64,000 bases of DNA. Origin: Candidatus Latescibacterota bacterium (GTDB taxonomy: Bacteria; Krumholzibacteriota; Krumholzibacteriia; WVZY01; JAKEHA01). The stretch is from the NCBI GenBank assembly GCA_963707635.1, contig OY970173.1, forward strand, positions 2,016,001 to 2,080,000, given 5' to 3'. The notes under the pieces were generated by a model. It was not told where the DNA came from and did no database searches. It worked only from the letters and a program-made list of their open reading frames with translations. Shown piece after piece: positions 32,001 through 40,921 of this stretch. How positions within the stretch are numbered: the stretch's first letter is position 1; each line of letters begins with the position of its first letter. The translations under genes and the position numbers were made by a program.

Positions 32001-32749
32001 TTCTGGATGGTGGACGCCTGCATCGAGATGATGCTGAATCCCTTCCAGTTGTTGTCGTGGATGAAGTTGTTCTCGATTAGCGCCCCTTCGATGATGCCGT
32101 CGCCGCCCTCCCAGCAGTCGCCGTTTACCTGCACGCCGTTCTTGGCGTTGCCGAAGCATTCGTTACCGCGGATGACCGGGTTATCGTTGGGCGTATTGCT
32201 GTTGCTGACGTAGATGCCGTGCTCGCCGGTGGATGCCGACACCACGTTGTTTTCGATCACGATCGTCGGGGTCCAGCCGGTGAGGATGCCCGTGAGCCCG
32301 CTGCGCCGCACCGTGTTGTTGCGAATCACCACGCCGGTCGCCTGGACGGCGCGGATCCCAACCCGCGGCGCGTCTTCGACCACGAATCCGTCGATGACGA
32401 CGTAGTTTGCGCCCTCGAGGTTGATGTTGTCCGGGGTCGACGAGTTCTGCTGGTTGACCAGCGCGCCCGATCCGCTGGCCACGAAGGTGATCGGGCTGGA
32501 TGCGTTTCCGTCGGAGGTGATCTGGAAGCCGACGTAGGTGCCGTCGGCCACGTGGACGACGTCGCCGGCCACGGCCGTGTTCGCGGCCTTCTGGAGCGTT
32601 CGCCAGGCAGCGGCGGAAGTCCCCGGGTTGGAGTCGTTGCCCGAGGTGGACACGTAGCGGTCCGCGGCGCGAGCGGTCGCCCCAGAGACCCCCACGAGGG
32701 CGATCGTGGTCAGGTGGACACAGAGGGTCCGGATGGTGTTGCGCGTCAT
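29057..32749 (-). CDS. Large secreted modular protein: right-handed beta-helix + Ig-like + alpha-toroid/heparinase II/III-like lyase
   Basis: Signal peptide; YVSTSGNDSNPG...WRTLQKA; Asn-rich parallel beta-helix repeats; DRDGVARP...DAGAYE; DVTPPTVTLTAP Ig domain; HPRL, GGGWLEGENYG, HQHSDQNHF and HNTIVV heparinase-like motifs. Confidence 0.75.
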   Translation of the reverse strand: MTRNTIRTLCVHLTTIALVGVSGATARAADRYVSTSGNDSNPGTSAAAWRTLQKAANTAVAGDVVHVADGTYVGFQITSDGNASSPITFVASGSGALVNQQNSSTPDNINLEGANYVVIDGFVVEDAPRVGIRAVQATGVVIRNNTVRRSGLTGILTGWTPTIVIENNVVSASTGEHGIYVSNSNTPNDNPVIRGNECFGNAKNGVQVNGDCWEGGDGIIEGALIENNFIHDNNWKGFSIISMQASTIQNNVIYDNGISAGAGGIHLADQVGPSCGKPSSNNLIVNNTVVEPRIACIRLTDGSTSNVIFNNICVASSSSKLIVDEVGGNLVDGASNLQVTASTGLFVDATGRNLHLATASAAIDRGVPNYQGRPAPAVDRDGVARPAGVRHDAGAYELGGAPTGDVTPPTVTLTAPAANSTIDHTSTVTATASDNVMVASVEFLLDGAALGSPDVQSPYSTTVDPNVYPSGFYTISARAHDDAGNVATSAGVSVFLKNGTASTGIPAGHPRLSLVGGRLQELRRNACLDDNGNPIPNCTPTAFSNSFFDFVDNKPGKADTWHFALAYVVTGNTSYATTAIQQVDALVACGATCIGNANNKFLYVRDFMRNVCLVYDWCYDLLTPAQKSAWIGYMNKMLFVTWSDQPDANAIFDTGDWATSNPYQNYFYNYLLATTYVALATYGENPGTFVHNGTTYNVYYLMNSRDASSDRYTDVYEFLKAKFSEQMFPALDGAGNGGGWLEGENYGRAMKRHIFEAFLLLKETAGVDYFNDPSHPFARQSVRYELYSAQPNNRVLYTGGDASQEPTLTVNPYDRHEMLLLAEGLKGTIESQYAQYWCNHDVTYMNGISEMIPVDYFLEQPELPERNYAELPTRYYSEGIDWVNSRSNWTDNAVSVTFTCTDRVQGHQHSDQNHFSIYVGNPSVGVDGWMLTDTQPYSSSLPRSAHFHNTIVVANTSQRFGDGTGSMVKYEAAPTYTYAVGDASDAYWTNPGEYSHGDDKMVDVFQRELVHILPGYVVAFDRISLSNGFTSSEVLSMFHYPYTQPTQSGGVWSVTNGPGRLFHKVLLPQSPSIGWVDEEAMSTEDRMQTWRMELKDTTVRPSYQFLNVFLGTTSSTPSMAATTLVRSKEGQMVGAVIKDPAQEHVVMFSSDPAGAAPAGAFTYEVGFDLQGLQHLFDLVPGMGYTIEVARRSDGHAVTVSQGGEHVASEAGSLSFTLEDILSPSTPVASQ

Positions 32750-32920
32750 CGCATGCTCCTTACGTCGTCGATCGCGACGGGGCCTGGAGGGACGCGCGCG
32801 GACAGGGATCGCGCGTGTTCCCCGGAGGCGTTCGTCATCTCCCCGCAGGCCATCGCGGCCATGGGGTCGGCATCGAACGCCGCTATCGGATCAGTCACTG
32901 GGTGAATTCCGGGGCGAATC

Positions 32921-32937
32921 TGCAAGCCGTGTACCAA
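32921..32937 (-). promoter_or_regulatory. Sigma-54 promoter (-24/-12)
   Basis: Minus strand TTGGTACACGGCTTGCA upstream of the 1230-aa gene. Confidence 0.7.
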
Positions 32938-33063
32938 GTTACACATGACAGCCCGACGGCACGATTCACCGCCATGAGGCGCACGGCAATGCGCAAAAGA
33001 TGACGCGGGGCGGCACGATCTGCAATCTATTTTATTCGACGGTCCCGCGCGCGAGCGGCGGGC

Positions 33064-34059
33064 CTACTGGCGGCGAACGCCCGCCAACCCCTTGCAGAAG
33101 TCCCGCACGTCGCGAAACGCCATCGCACCGCGGCGCAGCGGGTAGAAACTCTCCGGGTTCAAGATCAGGCGCTCGGTGAGAAACTTCGAGCGCGAAATCC
33201 ACCCGAGCGCCCGGATGGGGAGATCGAGCTCGGCCGGCTCGAACGGGGTGTGCAAGCCTTCAAAATCGCCATCGATGTCGATGTGCTCCACCGCGATCTG
33301 CCCCAGCCCGGCCTCGGCTGCCCAGCGGACGTGTCGCGAGGTGTAGGGGTCGATGCCGACCAGGCGCATGGCCACCGAGTCGAGCGCGACCACGTCGGTG
33401 CTCGCCAGCACGACGTCGAAGCGGCGCGCCTTGCCGTTGATGGGGCCGCGGCCCTCCATGGCGACGATCCCGTCCATGACCGCGATGCGCGGCTTCGCCA
33501 CCTGGTTGATCAGCACCAGCACGCGGTCGAGGCGCGGGTGGAGCAGGATGCGATTGTGCTGCGGGTAACACCCGAACTGGTTCTTGAGCGCCCCGGTGAA
33601 CACCGTCGTGGCGTGGGTCTTGAGGACCGGCAGCGTGATGAACACGTCCGCCTCCAGGAGCGTGCGCGCGATCGGCCAGCCCTTGAGCTCCTTCTCCCCC
33701 GTCTCCACCCATTCGTCCTTGGAGAAATTCAGCGCGCGCGCGCCGTGCCTGGCAATGATCGGGTAGTAGCCGCTGACCTCGAACGCGTCTTCGGTGGGAT
33801 AACGCATCCCGTTCGATTCGCCGACGACGATCGAGTCCGTGCGCTCGCGCACGGCGCCGAGGACCGCGTCCAGGAGGAGCGGGTGGGTGTTGGAGGCCTC
33901 GGCGTTTTCCTTGAACGGCGTGCTCAGGTTCACTTTAATGACGACCCTGGCGCCCTCGCGCACGATGTTGCGAAAGCCGACCCCGTCGAGCATCTCGCGC
34001 ACCGCGCGCTCCACCGGCACCTTGGCCACGGACCGAACGAATACCCGGCTGCGCGTCAT
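33064..34059 (-). CDS. DUF362 domain protein
   Basis: VVIKVNL, THP, LPVLKTH...TGALKNQFG, DGIVAMEGRGP, DVVALD. Confidence 0.85.
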   Translation of the reverse strand: MTRSRVFVRSVAKVPVERAVREMLDGVGFRNIVREGARVVIKVNLSTPFKENAEASNTHPLLLDAVLGAVRERTDSIVVGESNGMRYPTEDAFEVSGYYPIIARHGARALNFSKDEWVETGEKELKGWPIARTLLEADVFITLPVLKTHATTVFTGALKNQFGCYPQHNRILLHPRLDRVLVLINQVAKPRIAVMDGIVAMEGRGPINGKARRFDVVLASTDVVALDSVAMRLVGIDPYTSRHVRWAAEAGLGQIAVEHIDIDGDFEGLHTPFEPAELDLPIRALGWISRSKFLTERLILNPESFYPLRRGAMAFRDVRDFCKGLAGVRRQ

Positions 34060-35228
34060 CGTGTTTTCACCTCTGGTTGCGAACGCGCCCGCCGCGCCGA
34101 CAGGGCGTCGTAGAGCGCGAGGTAGCCGCCCACCATCGCGTCGATTCCAAACCGTCCTCGGGCTCGTTCGGCGCCGCGCTCGCCCATGCGCTTCGCGCGC
34201 GAGCGGTCGCCGAGCACTTCGCCGATCGCGGCCGCGAGTGCGGCCGGATCGCGCGGGGGCACCAGTCTCCCGGTCTCGCCGTCGACGACCACCTCGGGGT
34301 TTCCGCCGACCCGGGTGGCCACCACCGGCAGCCCGGCCGCCATCGCTTCGAGCAGAGTCACCGCGAGCCCTTCGGTGGCCGAGGATAGCACGAAGACATC
34401 GAAGGCGGACAGCACGTCGGCGACGTCGTCGCGCCGGCCCGCAAACACCACCGCGCTCGACAGGCCCCGCTCGTGAACCGCCCGCTCCAGATCCGCGCGC
34501 AGCTCGCCGTCTCCGACCACGAGGAGCCAGGCGCCGGCGTGCGCCCCGCGGACGCGCAGGAACGCGTCGAAGAGATTCACGTGATCCTTGGCCGCGGTCA
34601 AACGCGCGATGATCCCCACCACCGGGGCGTCGTCCGGGATGGAAAAGTCCGCGCGCACGCGCCGCCGCGCATCGCCTCCGCGCACATAGCTGCGCGCGTC
34701 GACGCCGTTGACGATAACGTGGACCCGCCGGTCCCGCACCGCGCCCGCCGCGAGGGCGACGCGGCGAGCGTCGTCAGAAACGAACACGACGTCGTCCACC
34801 AGGCGCAGGCGCTGAAACGTCCGGGTCGCGCGCCGGCCCGACGTCTTCGCCCCGTGCGCGGTGTACACCACCCCGGCGACGCGCGCGGCCCGCGCGCAGA
34901 CCGCGCCGTATACCAGCGGCGAGTAATTGTGACAGTGCACGATGTCGACTCGGTCCGCGCGCAGTGCGCGCGTCATACGGGCAAGCAAGCCGTAGTCCAA
35001 ACCCGGCGCCTTCGCGAACGGGCGGACGCGGAACCCTTCCTGCGCCAGCCCGGTTGCGAGCGCGCCGCCTTCCCCGAGCGTGTACAGGATCGAGCGGTAG
35101 CGGGCCGGGTCGGTGGCGCGCATCAGGGTGATCACGACCCGCTCCAGTCCCCCGACGTCGAGGTTCTGGACGACGTGCGCGACCGTGCGTGGCGCCGCGG
35201 GACTCGTGCTCTGCGCGCGCGCGGCCAC
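34056..35228 (-). CDS. Glycosyltransferase family 4
   Basis: LDVGGLERV, IVNGVD, SSATEGLAVTLLEAMAAGLPVVATRVGGNPE. Confidence 0.9.
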   Translation of the reverse strand: MAARAQSTSPAAPRTVAHVVQNLDVGGLERVVITLMRATDPARYRSILYTLGEGGALATGLAQEGFRVRPFAKAPGLDYGLLARMTRALRADRVDIVHCHNYSPLVYGAVCARAARVAGVVYTAHGAKTSGRRATRTFQRLRLVDDVVFVSDDARRVALAAGAVRDRRVHVIVNGVDARSYVRGGDARRRVRADFSIPDDAPVVGIIARLTAAKDHVNLFDAFLRVRGAHAGAWLLVVGDGELRADLERAVHERGLSSAVVFAGRRDDVADVLSAFDVFVLSSATEGLAVTLLEAMAAGLPVVATRVGGNPEVVVDGETGRLVPPRDPAALAAAIGEVLGDRSRAKRMGERGAERARGRFGIDAMVGGYLALYDALSARRARSQPEVKTR

Positions 35229-35230
35229 GG

Positions 35231-36244
35231 CTAGGCGCGGGCCTCCCGCTCGCGCCAGTACGCGAACGTCCGGCGCAACCCCTCGTCGGTCGGCACCACC
35301 TGGCGCCACCCGATGCTCTTCAGCCGGGCGTTGGAAAAGCGGTTGCCCTTCCACAGCGAGGCCGTCCGGTAAGGCGTGAACACCGCCGGCAGCTGCCCCC
35401 CGGAGCGGCGCGAGTAGCGTTCTACCGCGTGCGACACCATCTGCATCGCCGGGTACGGCACGGCGACGGTGCGCAGCGCGCGCACCTCCTTGCGGTAGCG
35501 GCGCAGATAGCCGGCGCACGACGGCGGATCGTCGTCGCACACGTTGATAACCGAATGAGCGGACGGATTGCGCGCCGCCACCACCAGCGCTTCCGCACAG
35601 TTGGTGACGTAGGAGACGGGCAGCGGATTCCCTCCGCCCAGGCTCAGGAGCACGCCGAACACGCTCACGCCGACGCGCGCGGAAAGGGGCGCCCCGCCCG
35701 GTCCGATGATCACTCCCGGGCGCAGCGCCACGCCCGGAAACCCGTAGCGCTCCCGGTACTCGTGGAAGAGGGTTTCCTGCCGCCACTTCGAGTACGAATA
35801 GGGGTCACGCTTTTCCGGCGTGGGTTCCAGGGCCGTGGTCTCGTCGACCAGCGCCCCGTGCGGCAGCGACGCCACCTCGTACACGCCGAAGGAGCTCACC
35901 AGCACGACACCGGTGCCGGGCTGGGCCGCGACCGCGTCCAGGAGCCGTTTTGTCCCCACCACGGTGTTGAGAAACATGTCGGCCGCGGAGCCTTTCATGG
36001 CGGCGGCGAGATGAAACACGATGTCGACGCCGCGCACGGCGGCCTCGACGTCGGCGCGCACGGTCACGTTCCCCCGCGCGAACTCGACCCTCGCGCCGGG
36101 GTGCGCCTCCGTCATCTGCGCGAGGTGGGTCACGTCGCTGCCCGGGCGCACGAAACACTTCACGTCGGTGTACCCGTGCGCCAGCAGTCTCGCCACCAGC
36201 TCGCCACCGAGGAATCCCCCCGCCCCCGTGACCAGGCACTTCAC
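35231..36244 (-). CDS. NAD-dependent epimerase/dehydratase
   Basis: TGAGGFLG, HLAA, YSYSK (YxxxK). Confidence 0.88.
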   Translation of the reverse strand: MKCLVTGAGGFLGGELVARLLAHGYTDVKCFVRPGSDVTHLAQMTEAHPGARVEFARGNVTVRADVEAAVRGVDIVFHLAAAMKGSAADMFLNTVVGTKRLLDAVAAQPGTGVVLVSSFGVYEVASLPHGALVDETTALEPTPEKRDPYSYSKWRQETLFHEYRERYGFPGVALRPGVIIGPGGAPLSARVGVSVFGVLLSLGGGNPLPVSYVTNCAEALVVAARNPSAHSVINVCDDDPPSCAGYLRRYRKEVRALRTVAVPYPAMQMVSHAVERYSRRSGGQLPAVFTPYRTASLWKGNRFSNARLKSIGWRQVVPTDEGLRRTFAYWREREARA

Positions 36245-37329
36245 GAGTCCTCACCCCGGGGGGCGATCTGCATCCAGATCGTGTCCATCACCGCGGCGAG
36301 GCGCCGCATGTCGTCGTAGGCGATCGGCGGCGGGCCGTCGGTGCGGATCGACTCGTAGAAACGCTCGATCAAGTGGTGCATCCCAGCGAAGAAGTGGAAA
36401 TCGGCGCGCGCGAAACGGCGGACGTTGCGCCAGCCCTGGCGTCGATACTCGCCCGCGCGCTTGAACGCCGGGAGCAGCCGGCCGATCTGGCTGGGCAGCG
36501 TGGGGCCGGCTTCGAGCACGACCGTGCGGATCGAATAGTCGGCGTGCAGGATTCCGCGCGACCCGTAGACCCGCAGGAAATGCGACACCGGGTTCACATG
36601 CGACGTGAAGGTGGCGTAGCCGGTGACGCTATTCCCGAGCAGCGTCACGCGCAGTTCGTCGTGCATGCGGTCGCGCACGTCGCCGAAGGCGTGCGGGCGG
36701 CGACGGGTCGCGAACGCGTGGACGGCCGGCTCGGGGTCGGTGACGAACTCGAGGACCTTGTTGAGCATGTGGTCGACGTTGTTGTGGAACAGCCGGCCGG
36801 GGAGGGTGTGCACCCAGTGGCGCGGGTCGCCCAGGATGGCGGCGCCGAACGGGCCCGCGAGGCTGTAGCCAAAGTGACTCTCGACGTGGACCGGCTCCCC
36901 GATGGCGCCGCCCGCGATCAAACGGCGCATCTCGAGCGCCGGTGGATCGAAATGAAAGCTGTGTCCCACCGTGAGCTTCCGGCCCGTCCCCCGGGCCCGG
37001 TTGATGATGGCGTCGACGCCGGCGACATCCAGGGCGAGGGGCTTTTCGACGTAGACGTGCGCGCCGGCGTCCAGCGCGCGGGTGGCGAGCGCCACGTGCG
37101 ACTGGGGAGGGGTCGTGATGTGCACGACATCGGGCGCGCGCGTCGCGAGCAGCTGTTCGAAGTCGTCGGTGAAGTGGGACAGCCCGAAGCGTCGCGCGAG
37201 CTGCTCGGCCATGATCGACTCCAGGTCGCACACGCCGACGATGTCGACGCCGGGCATCTTCTGGAGCTCCCCGACGTGGGCGTCGGCGATCTTTCCGCAC
37301 CCGACCACCGCGACGCGCAGCGTCTTCAT
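36241..37329 (-). CDS. Gfo/Idh/MocA family oxidoreductase
   Basis: VAVVGCGKIA, ITTPPQSH, VYVEKPLA; ATGA overlap. Confidence 0.9.
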   Translation of the reverse strand: MKTLRVAVVGCGKIADAHVGELQKMPGVDIVGVCDLESIMAEQLARRFGLSHFTDDFEQLLATRAPDVVHITTPPQSHVALATRALDAGAHVYVEKPLALDVAGVDAIINRARGTGRKLTVGHSFHFDPPALEMRRLIAGGAIGEPVHVESHFGYSLAGPFGAAILGDPRHWVHTLPGRLFHNNVDHMLNKVLEFVTDPEPAVHAFATRRRPHAFGDVRDRMHDELRVTLLGNSVTGYATFTSHVNPVSHFLRVYGSRGILHADYSIRTVVLEAGPTLPSQIGRLLPAFKRAGEYRRQGWRNVRRFARADFHFFAGMHHLIERFYESIRTDGPPPIAYDDMRRLAAVMDTIWMQIAPRGEDS

Positions 37330-38492
37330 GCCACGCCCCCCGCGAGAATCCGATGGAGGTCGTCCGCCACGTCGTGCCACGTGCGCGCGCGCGCGGCGCG
37401 CACGAGGGCGTCGGTGTCCCACGCGCGCGCGAGCACGTCGTCGATGCCGCGCGCCAGCGCCGCCGCGTCCTCCGGCGGGACCACGATGCCGAGTTCGGGC
37501 CCGGTGATGATTTCGGGAACACCGCCCACGCGCGTCGCCACCACCGCGCGCCCGCTGGCCAGCGCCTCGACCAGCACGTTGGGGTGGCCTTCCGTCCGGC
37601 TCGAAAGCACGACCGCGTCCGCCGCCGCCATCCACCGCGGAATCTCGTCGTGGTCGCGGCGGCCGGCGAAGTCGACCCGCCCGGCGAGACCGAGGCGGTC
37701 GCGTTGCGCGACCAGGGCCGCGTATTCCGGTCCGTCGCCCACGACCGTGAGACGCACGCCGCGGTCCCGCACCTGCGCCATCGCGTCGAGCAGCACGTCG
37801 ATCCCCTTCTCGCGGCCGAGCCGGCTCACGCACACCAGCCGGCGGCCGTCGGGGTCCAGATGGAGGGCGCGGCGCGCGGCCGCGCGATCCGCCACGTCGA
37901 AACGCGCGGCGTCGATGCCGTTGGGCACCACGTGGATGCGGGTGGGGTCGACGCCGAGGCGTGCGATCTCGTCCGCGAGCGCCCGGCTCACCGCGATCAC
38001 CGCCTGGCAGCGCCTGAGCGACGCCGCGATGATTCGCCGCTGCAGCACCGGCCGGGCGAGATGGTTGATGTCGCTGCCGCGGCAGCTCACCACCGCGGGC
38101 CGTCCGAGCGTGCGCGCCACCATCACCGCGGCCACGCCGTACGGATACGCGAAGAACGAGAGCACGACGTCGGGACGGTGTGCTCTTGCCGCCTGCAGGT
38201 GCGCGGGGAGCGTGCACGCGAACACGAACCAGCCGTGCAGGAAGCGCAGGACCTTCGGAATCACCACATAGCGCGGGTAGCGGACCTCGACGCCGTCGAT
38301 GGTGTCGCGGCGCGGAACCCGCGCGAACGGGCGGTAGCGCCGCGAGGCAAGCACCCGGGGGATGAACGGCACCGGCGCCACCACCTGCACCGCGGCGCGA
38401 TCGGCCAGCGCGCGCACCTGCGCAAACACGTACACACCGCGCGTCATGTCGGAGCGATTGGGGAATATGCCGGTGGAAACGAGCACCCTCAT
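37326..38492 (-). CDS. Glycosyltransferase family 4 (TuaC-like)
   Basis: CRGSDIN, VVPNGID, EGHPNVLVEALASG, TRVGGVPE. Confidence 0.9.
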   Translation of the reverse strand: MRVLVSTGIFPNRSDMTRGVYVFAQVRALADRAAVQVVAPVPFIPRVLASRRYRPFARVPRRDTIDGVEVRYPRYVVIPKVLRFLHGWFVFACTLPAHLQAARAHRPDVVLSFFAYPYGVAAVMVARTLGRPAVVSCRGSDINHLARPVLQRRIIAASLRRCQAVIAVSRALADEIARLGVDPTRIHVVPNGIDAARFDVADRAAARRALHLDPDGRRLVCVSRLGREKGIDVLLDAMAQVRDRGVRLTVVGDGPEYAALVAQRDRLGLAGRVDFAGRRDHDEIPRWMAAADAVVLSSRTEGHPNVLVEALASGRAVVATRVGGVPEIITGPELGIVVPPEDAAALARGIDDVLARAWDTDALVRAARARTWHDVADDLHRILAGGVA

Positions 38493-38517
38493 GGACGCGC
38501 GCGACCTGCGGGAACGC

Positions 38518-39222
38518 TCACTTCGTGTCCTGCTTGGTGTACCCGTAATACTTGTAGTCGTAGTAGTACGGAAGCACCTGGGCGGCGTTGTTGAGAACCA
38601 CGCCGATGAGGTTGGCGCGCGAATCGTCCAGGACGTTCTTGGTGCGCTGCACCACCTCGCGCGGCGTCACGCCCGCCAGCACGACCAGGATCACCGCCTC
38701 GATCTCCGAGCACAGAAAGAGCGTGTCGCTGACCGCGAGCACCGGCGCCGAATCGACGATGACGATGTCGTAGTAGAACTCGAGCTTGTTGAGCACCTCT
38801 TTGAGGCGCTCGGACTCGAAGAGCTTGCCCGGCTGCGGGGTGCGGTCGCCGGCGGTGATGACGTGGAAGTTCGGGAGCGGCGTCTTCTTGACCACATCCA
38901 TCGGATCCACGTTGTGGGCAAGGCAGTCCTTCAACCCGACCGCGTTGCTGAGCCCGAAGATCGCGTGTCCGCGCGGCCGCCGCAGGTCGGCGTCCACGTG
39001 GAGCACCTTCTTGGTCGGAAACTGCGCGATGGTGAGGGCCAGCCAGCTCGCGATCGTGCTCTTCCCTTCCCCGCGGTTGGAACTCGTGATCAGAAACGAC
39101 TTGTACTGCCTGCCCTCGTCGCTCTTCTTGGCGTTGTGGTAGAGGCGGCGCAGCTCGGTGGCGACGGGAGACTCGCCGTCGTAGCTGTCGAAGATGGTGC
39201 TTTCGCTTTTCGACGTGGCCAT
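38518..39222 (-). CDS. CpsD/CapB bacterial tyrosine autokinase
   Basis: Walker A SSNRGEGKST, VDADLRRP, IVDSAP, and a C-terminal Tyr cluster YYYDYKYYGY. Confidence 0.92.
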   Translation of the reverse strand: MATSKSESTIFDSYDGESPVATELRRLYHNAKKSDEGRQYKSFLITSSNRGEGKSTIASWLALTIAQFPTKKVLHVDADLRRPRGHAIFGLSNAVGLKDCLAHNVDPMDVVKKTPLPNFHVITAGDRTPQPGKLFESERLKEVLNKLEFYYDIVIVDSAPVLAVSDTLFLCSEIEAVILVVLAGVTPREVVQRTKNVLDDSRANLIGVVLNNAAQVLPYYYDYKYYGYTKQDTK

Positions 39223-39224
39223 GG

Positions 39225-40901
39225 TCAGGGGGCTGGAGTCGTCGTGGTCGACTGCTCGTTGAGGTTGAGGTCGATCATCTGCTCGCGGGCCGTCTTGCCG
39301 TAGAAATAGAATCCGGCCAGGGCGACGCCGAGGAACACGACCGACGTGGCCGTCCACACCACCGCGCGTTTGCGGGCGGAGTCGTGGAACCACTTGGTCT
39401 TCTCGAAGCGTGGGATCGTGCCCAGCACCTTCATGCCCAGCTGCTTCTCGATCTCGTCCACCGAGCGGAACGACGAGTCGGTGAACTCGGTGAGCAGCAG
39501 GCCCGACGCGCCGATGGCGGCGCCGAACAGAAACGCCAGCACCAGGATTTTCATGCGGTCGGGGCGCACCGGGGCCAGCGGGCGGCTCGCCGCTTCGACC
39601 AGGAACACCGACGCGCCCAGTTCGGTGTCCTGCGCGGCCTCGCTGATCTGGGTGCTGGTCTGCGCGCTCTGGAAGGTGTTGAACACCGAGCGATTGTGCT
39701 CGACCTCCTGGCGCAGGCGCGCCAGCTCGCTCTCCATTTCGGGCGCCAGCGCCACCTGGGACCGAAACGCCGCAATGTAGGAGTCCAGCTTGGTGCGCTT
39801 GCCGCGCAGCGCGTTGACTTCCACACGCTGGTAGAAGTACTCGACCACCAGCGGGCGGTAGTCGGCCGGCACGTTCGCAAAGCGCTCCCCGACTAGGCGC
39901 CCGAGGCGGCGCTGCAGGGCCTGCTGCGTCGTCGTGATCGCATCCGCGTTGCTGCCCCCGCCGGGGGCAGCCACGGTAGCGCTCAGTTCCGCGAGCAATT
40001 CGGACTCGCGCCGCATGCCCAGGTCGTTTTCGAGCTTGCGAACTTCGGGGTCGCGGAACACGCGATCCCCGTCCGGAACCTCGCCCAGGATCGCCACCAC
40101 CTGCGCGCGGATCCGCTCCAGGGTATCGTCGGCGCCGCTGATGGTCAGGTCGAGGTCGGCGTGGACGCGTTCTGACAGCGCCACGTTGGTCTGGTTCACG
40201 GGGTTGGTGGCGACACTCGGCGCGGACAGGCGCTCCTGAAAATTCGCCAGCTCGCGCTCGGAGTGGTCCAGGCGCTCCTTGTAGACCGCCAACTGCTCCT
40301 CGCTGAACTGGCTGACTTCTTTCAGCCCCCGCATCGTCTGCCGGTGCTGCATGTCGATGTACAGCCGCGTAATCGCCTCCGCCACCACGTAGCACGCTTC
40401 CGGATTGGCGTCGGCGTACGCGAGGCGATACATGTTGGGGCCTTCGCGGTCGATGCTGATGCGCCGCTTGAGGAAGTTACGCAGCCGCCGCATGACGAGT
40501 TCTTCGCTCGTGATGCCGGGGTAGAGGTGCTCGCGCTCGTAGTCGGCGATCTCGATCAGCTCCGGGTCCTGGTCCATGCCGAGGCGCCGGATCAACTCGT
40601 CGAGGAACGCGCTGCCGAGGATGTCGGCCTCGAGCTGGGCGCCGAATTCCGCCTCGCGGCGGCGGGAATCGGTCTGGACGAAGCGGTTGACCTCGCTCTG
40701 CACCTGCGACGCGTCGCCGAGGCGGATGACCGAGCTGGACTCGTACTCGGGCACCAGAAAGCGCACCCCGATGTTCGAAACCACCACGGAGATGACGAGC
40801 GGGACGACGAGGAAGTACTTCTTGCGCCAGATGACGCGCAGGTACTCGCCCAGGTTGAGCCTGAAACCGACTTCCTGATCTTGCGGGGTGATCTTGCGCA
40901 C
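39225..40901 (-). CDS. Polysaccharide chain-length determinant (Wzz/GumC; Wzc N-terminal part)
   Basis: Two TM segments flanking a coiled coil; YLRVIWRKKY, PLAPVRP, DSSFRSVDEIE..LGMKVLGTIP. Confidence 0.88.
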   Translation of the reverse strand: MRKITPQDQEVGFRLNLGEYLRVIWRKKYFLVVPLVISVVVSNIGVRFLVPEYESSSVIRLGDASQVQSEVNRFVQTDSRRREAEFGAQLEADILGSAFLDELIRRLGMDQDPELIEIADYEREHLYPGITSEELVMRRLRNFLKRRISIDREGPNMYRLAYADANPEACYVVAEAITRLYIDMQHRQTMRGLKEVSQFSEEQLAVYKERLDHSERELANFQERLSAPSVATNPVNQTNVALSERVHADLDLTISGADDTLERIRAQVVAILGEVPDGDRVFRDPEVRKLENDLGMRRESELLAELSATVAAPGGGSNADAITTTQQALQRRLGRLVGERFANVPADYRPLVVEYFYQRVEVNALRGKRTKLDSYIAAFRSQVALAPEMESELARLRQEVEHNRSVFNTFQSAQTSTQISEAAQDTELGASVFLVEAASRPLAPVRPDRMKILVLAFLFGAAIGASGLLLTEFTDSSFRSVDEIEKQLGMKVLGTIPRFEKTKWFHDSARKRAVVWTATSVVFLGVALAGFYFYGKTAREQMIDLNLNEQSTTTTPAP

Positions 40902-40921
40902 TTCGGAAACCGCCCGAACGC

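Noticed and set aside
19576..32749. PEP-CTERM tails on the secreted proteins
   Set aside because: Neither C-terminus shows a PEP motif, a TM helix and a basic cluster.
32746..32946. 66-aa ORF upstream of the large lyase-like gene
   Set aside because: It overlaps the sigma-54 promoter and leader and has no protein features.
33011..33025. Plus-strand CGGCACGATCTGCAA as a sigma-54 promoter
   Set aside because: GG-to-GC spacing is 8 rather than 10 and there is no plus-strand gene. The CGGCACGAT repeat (also at 32957) is too short to call.
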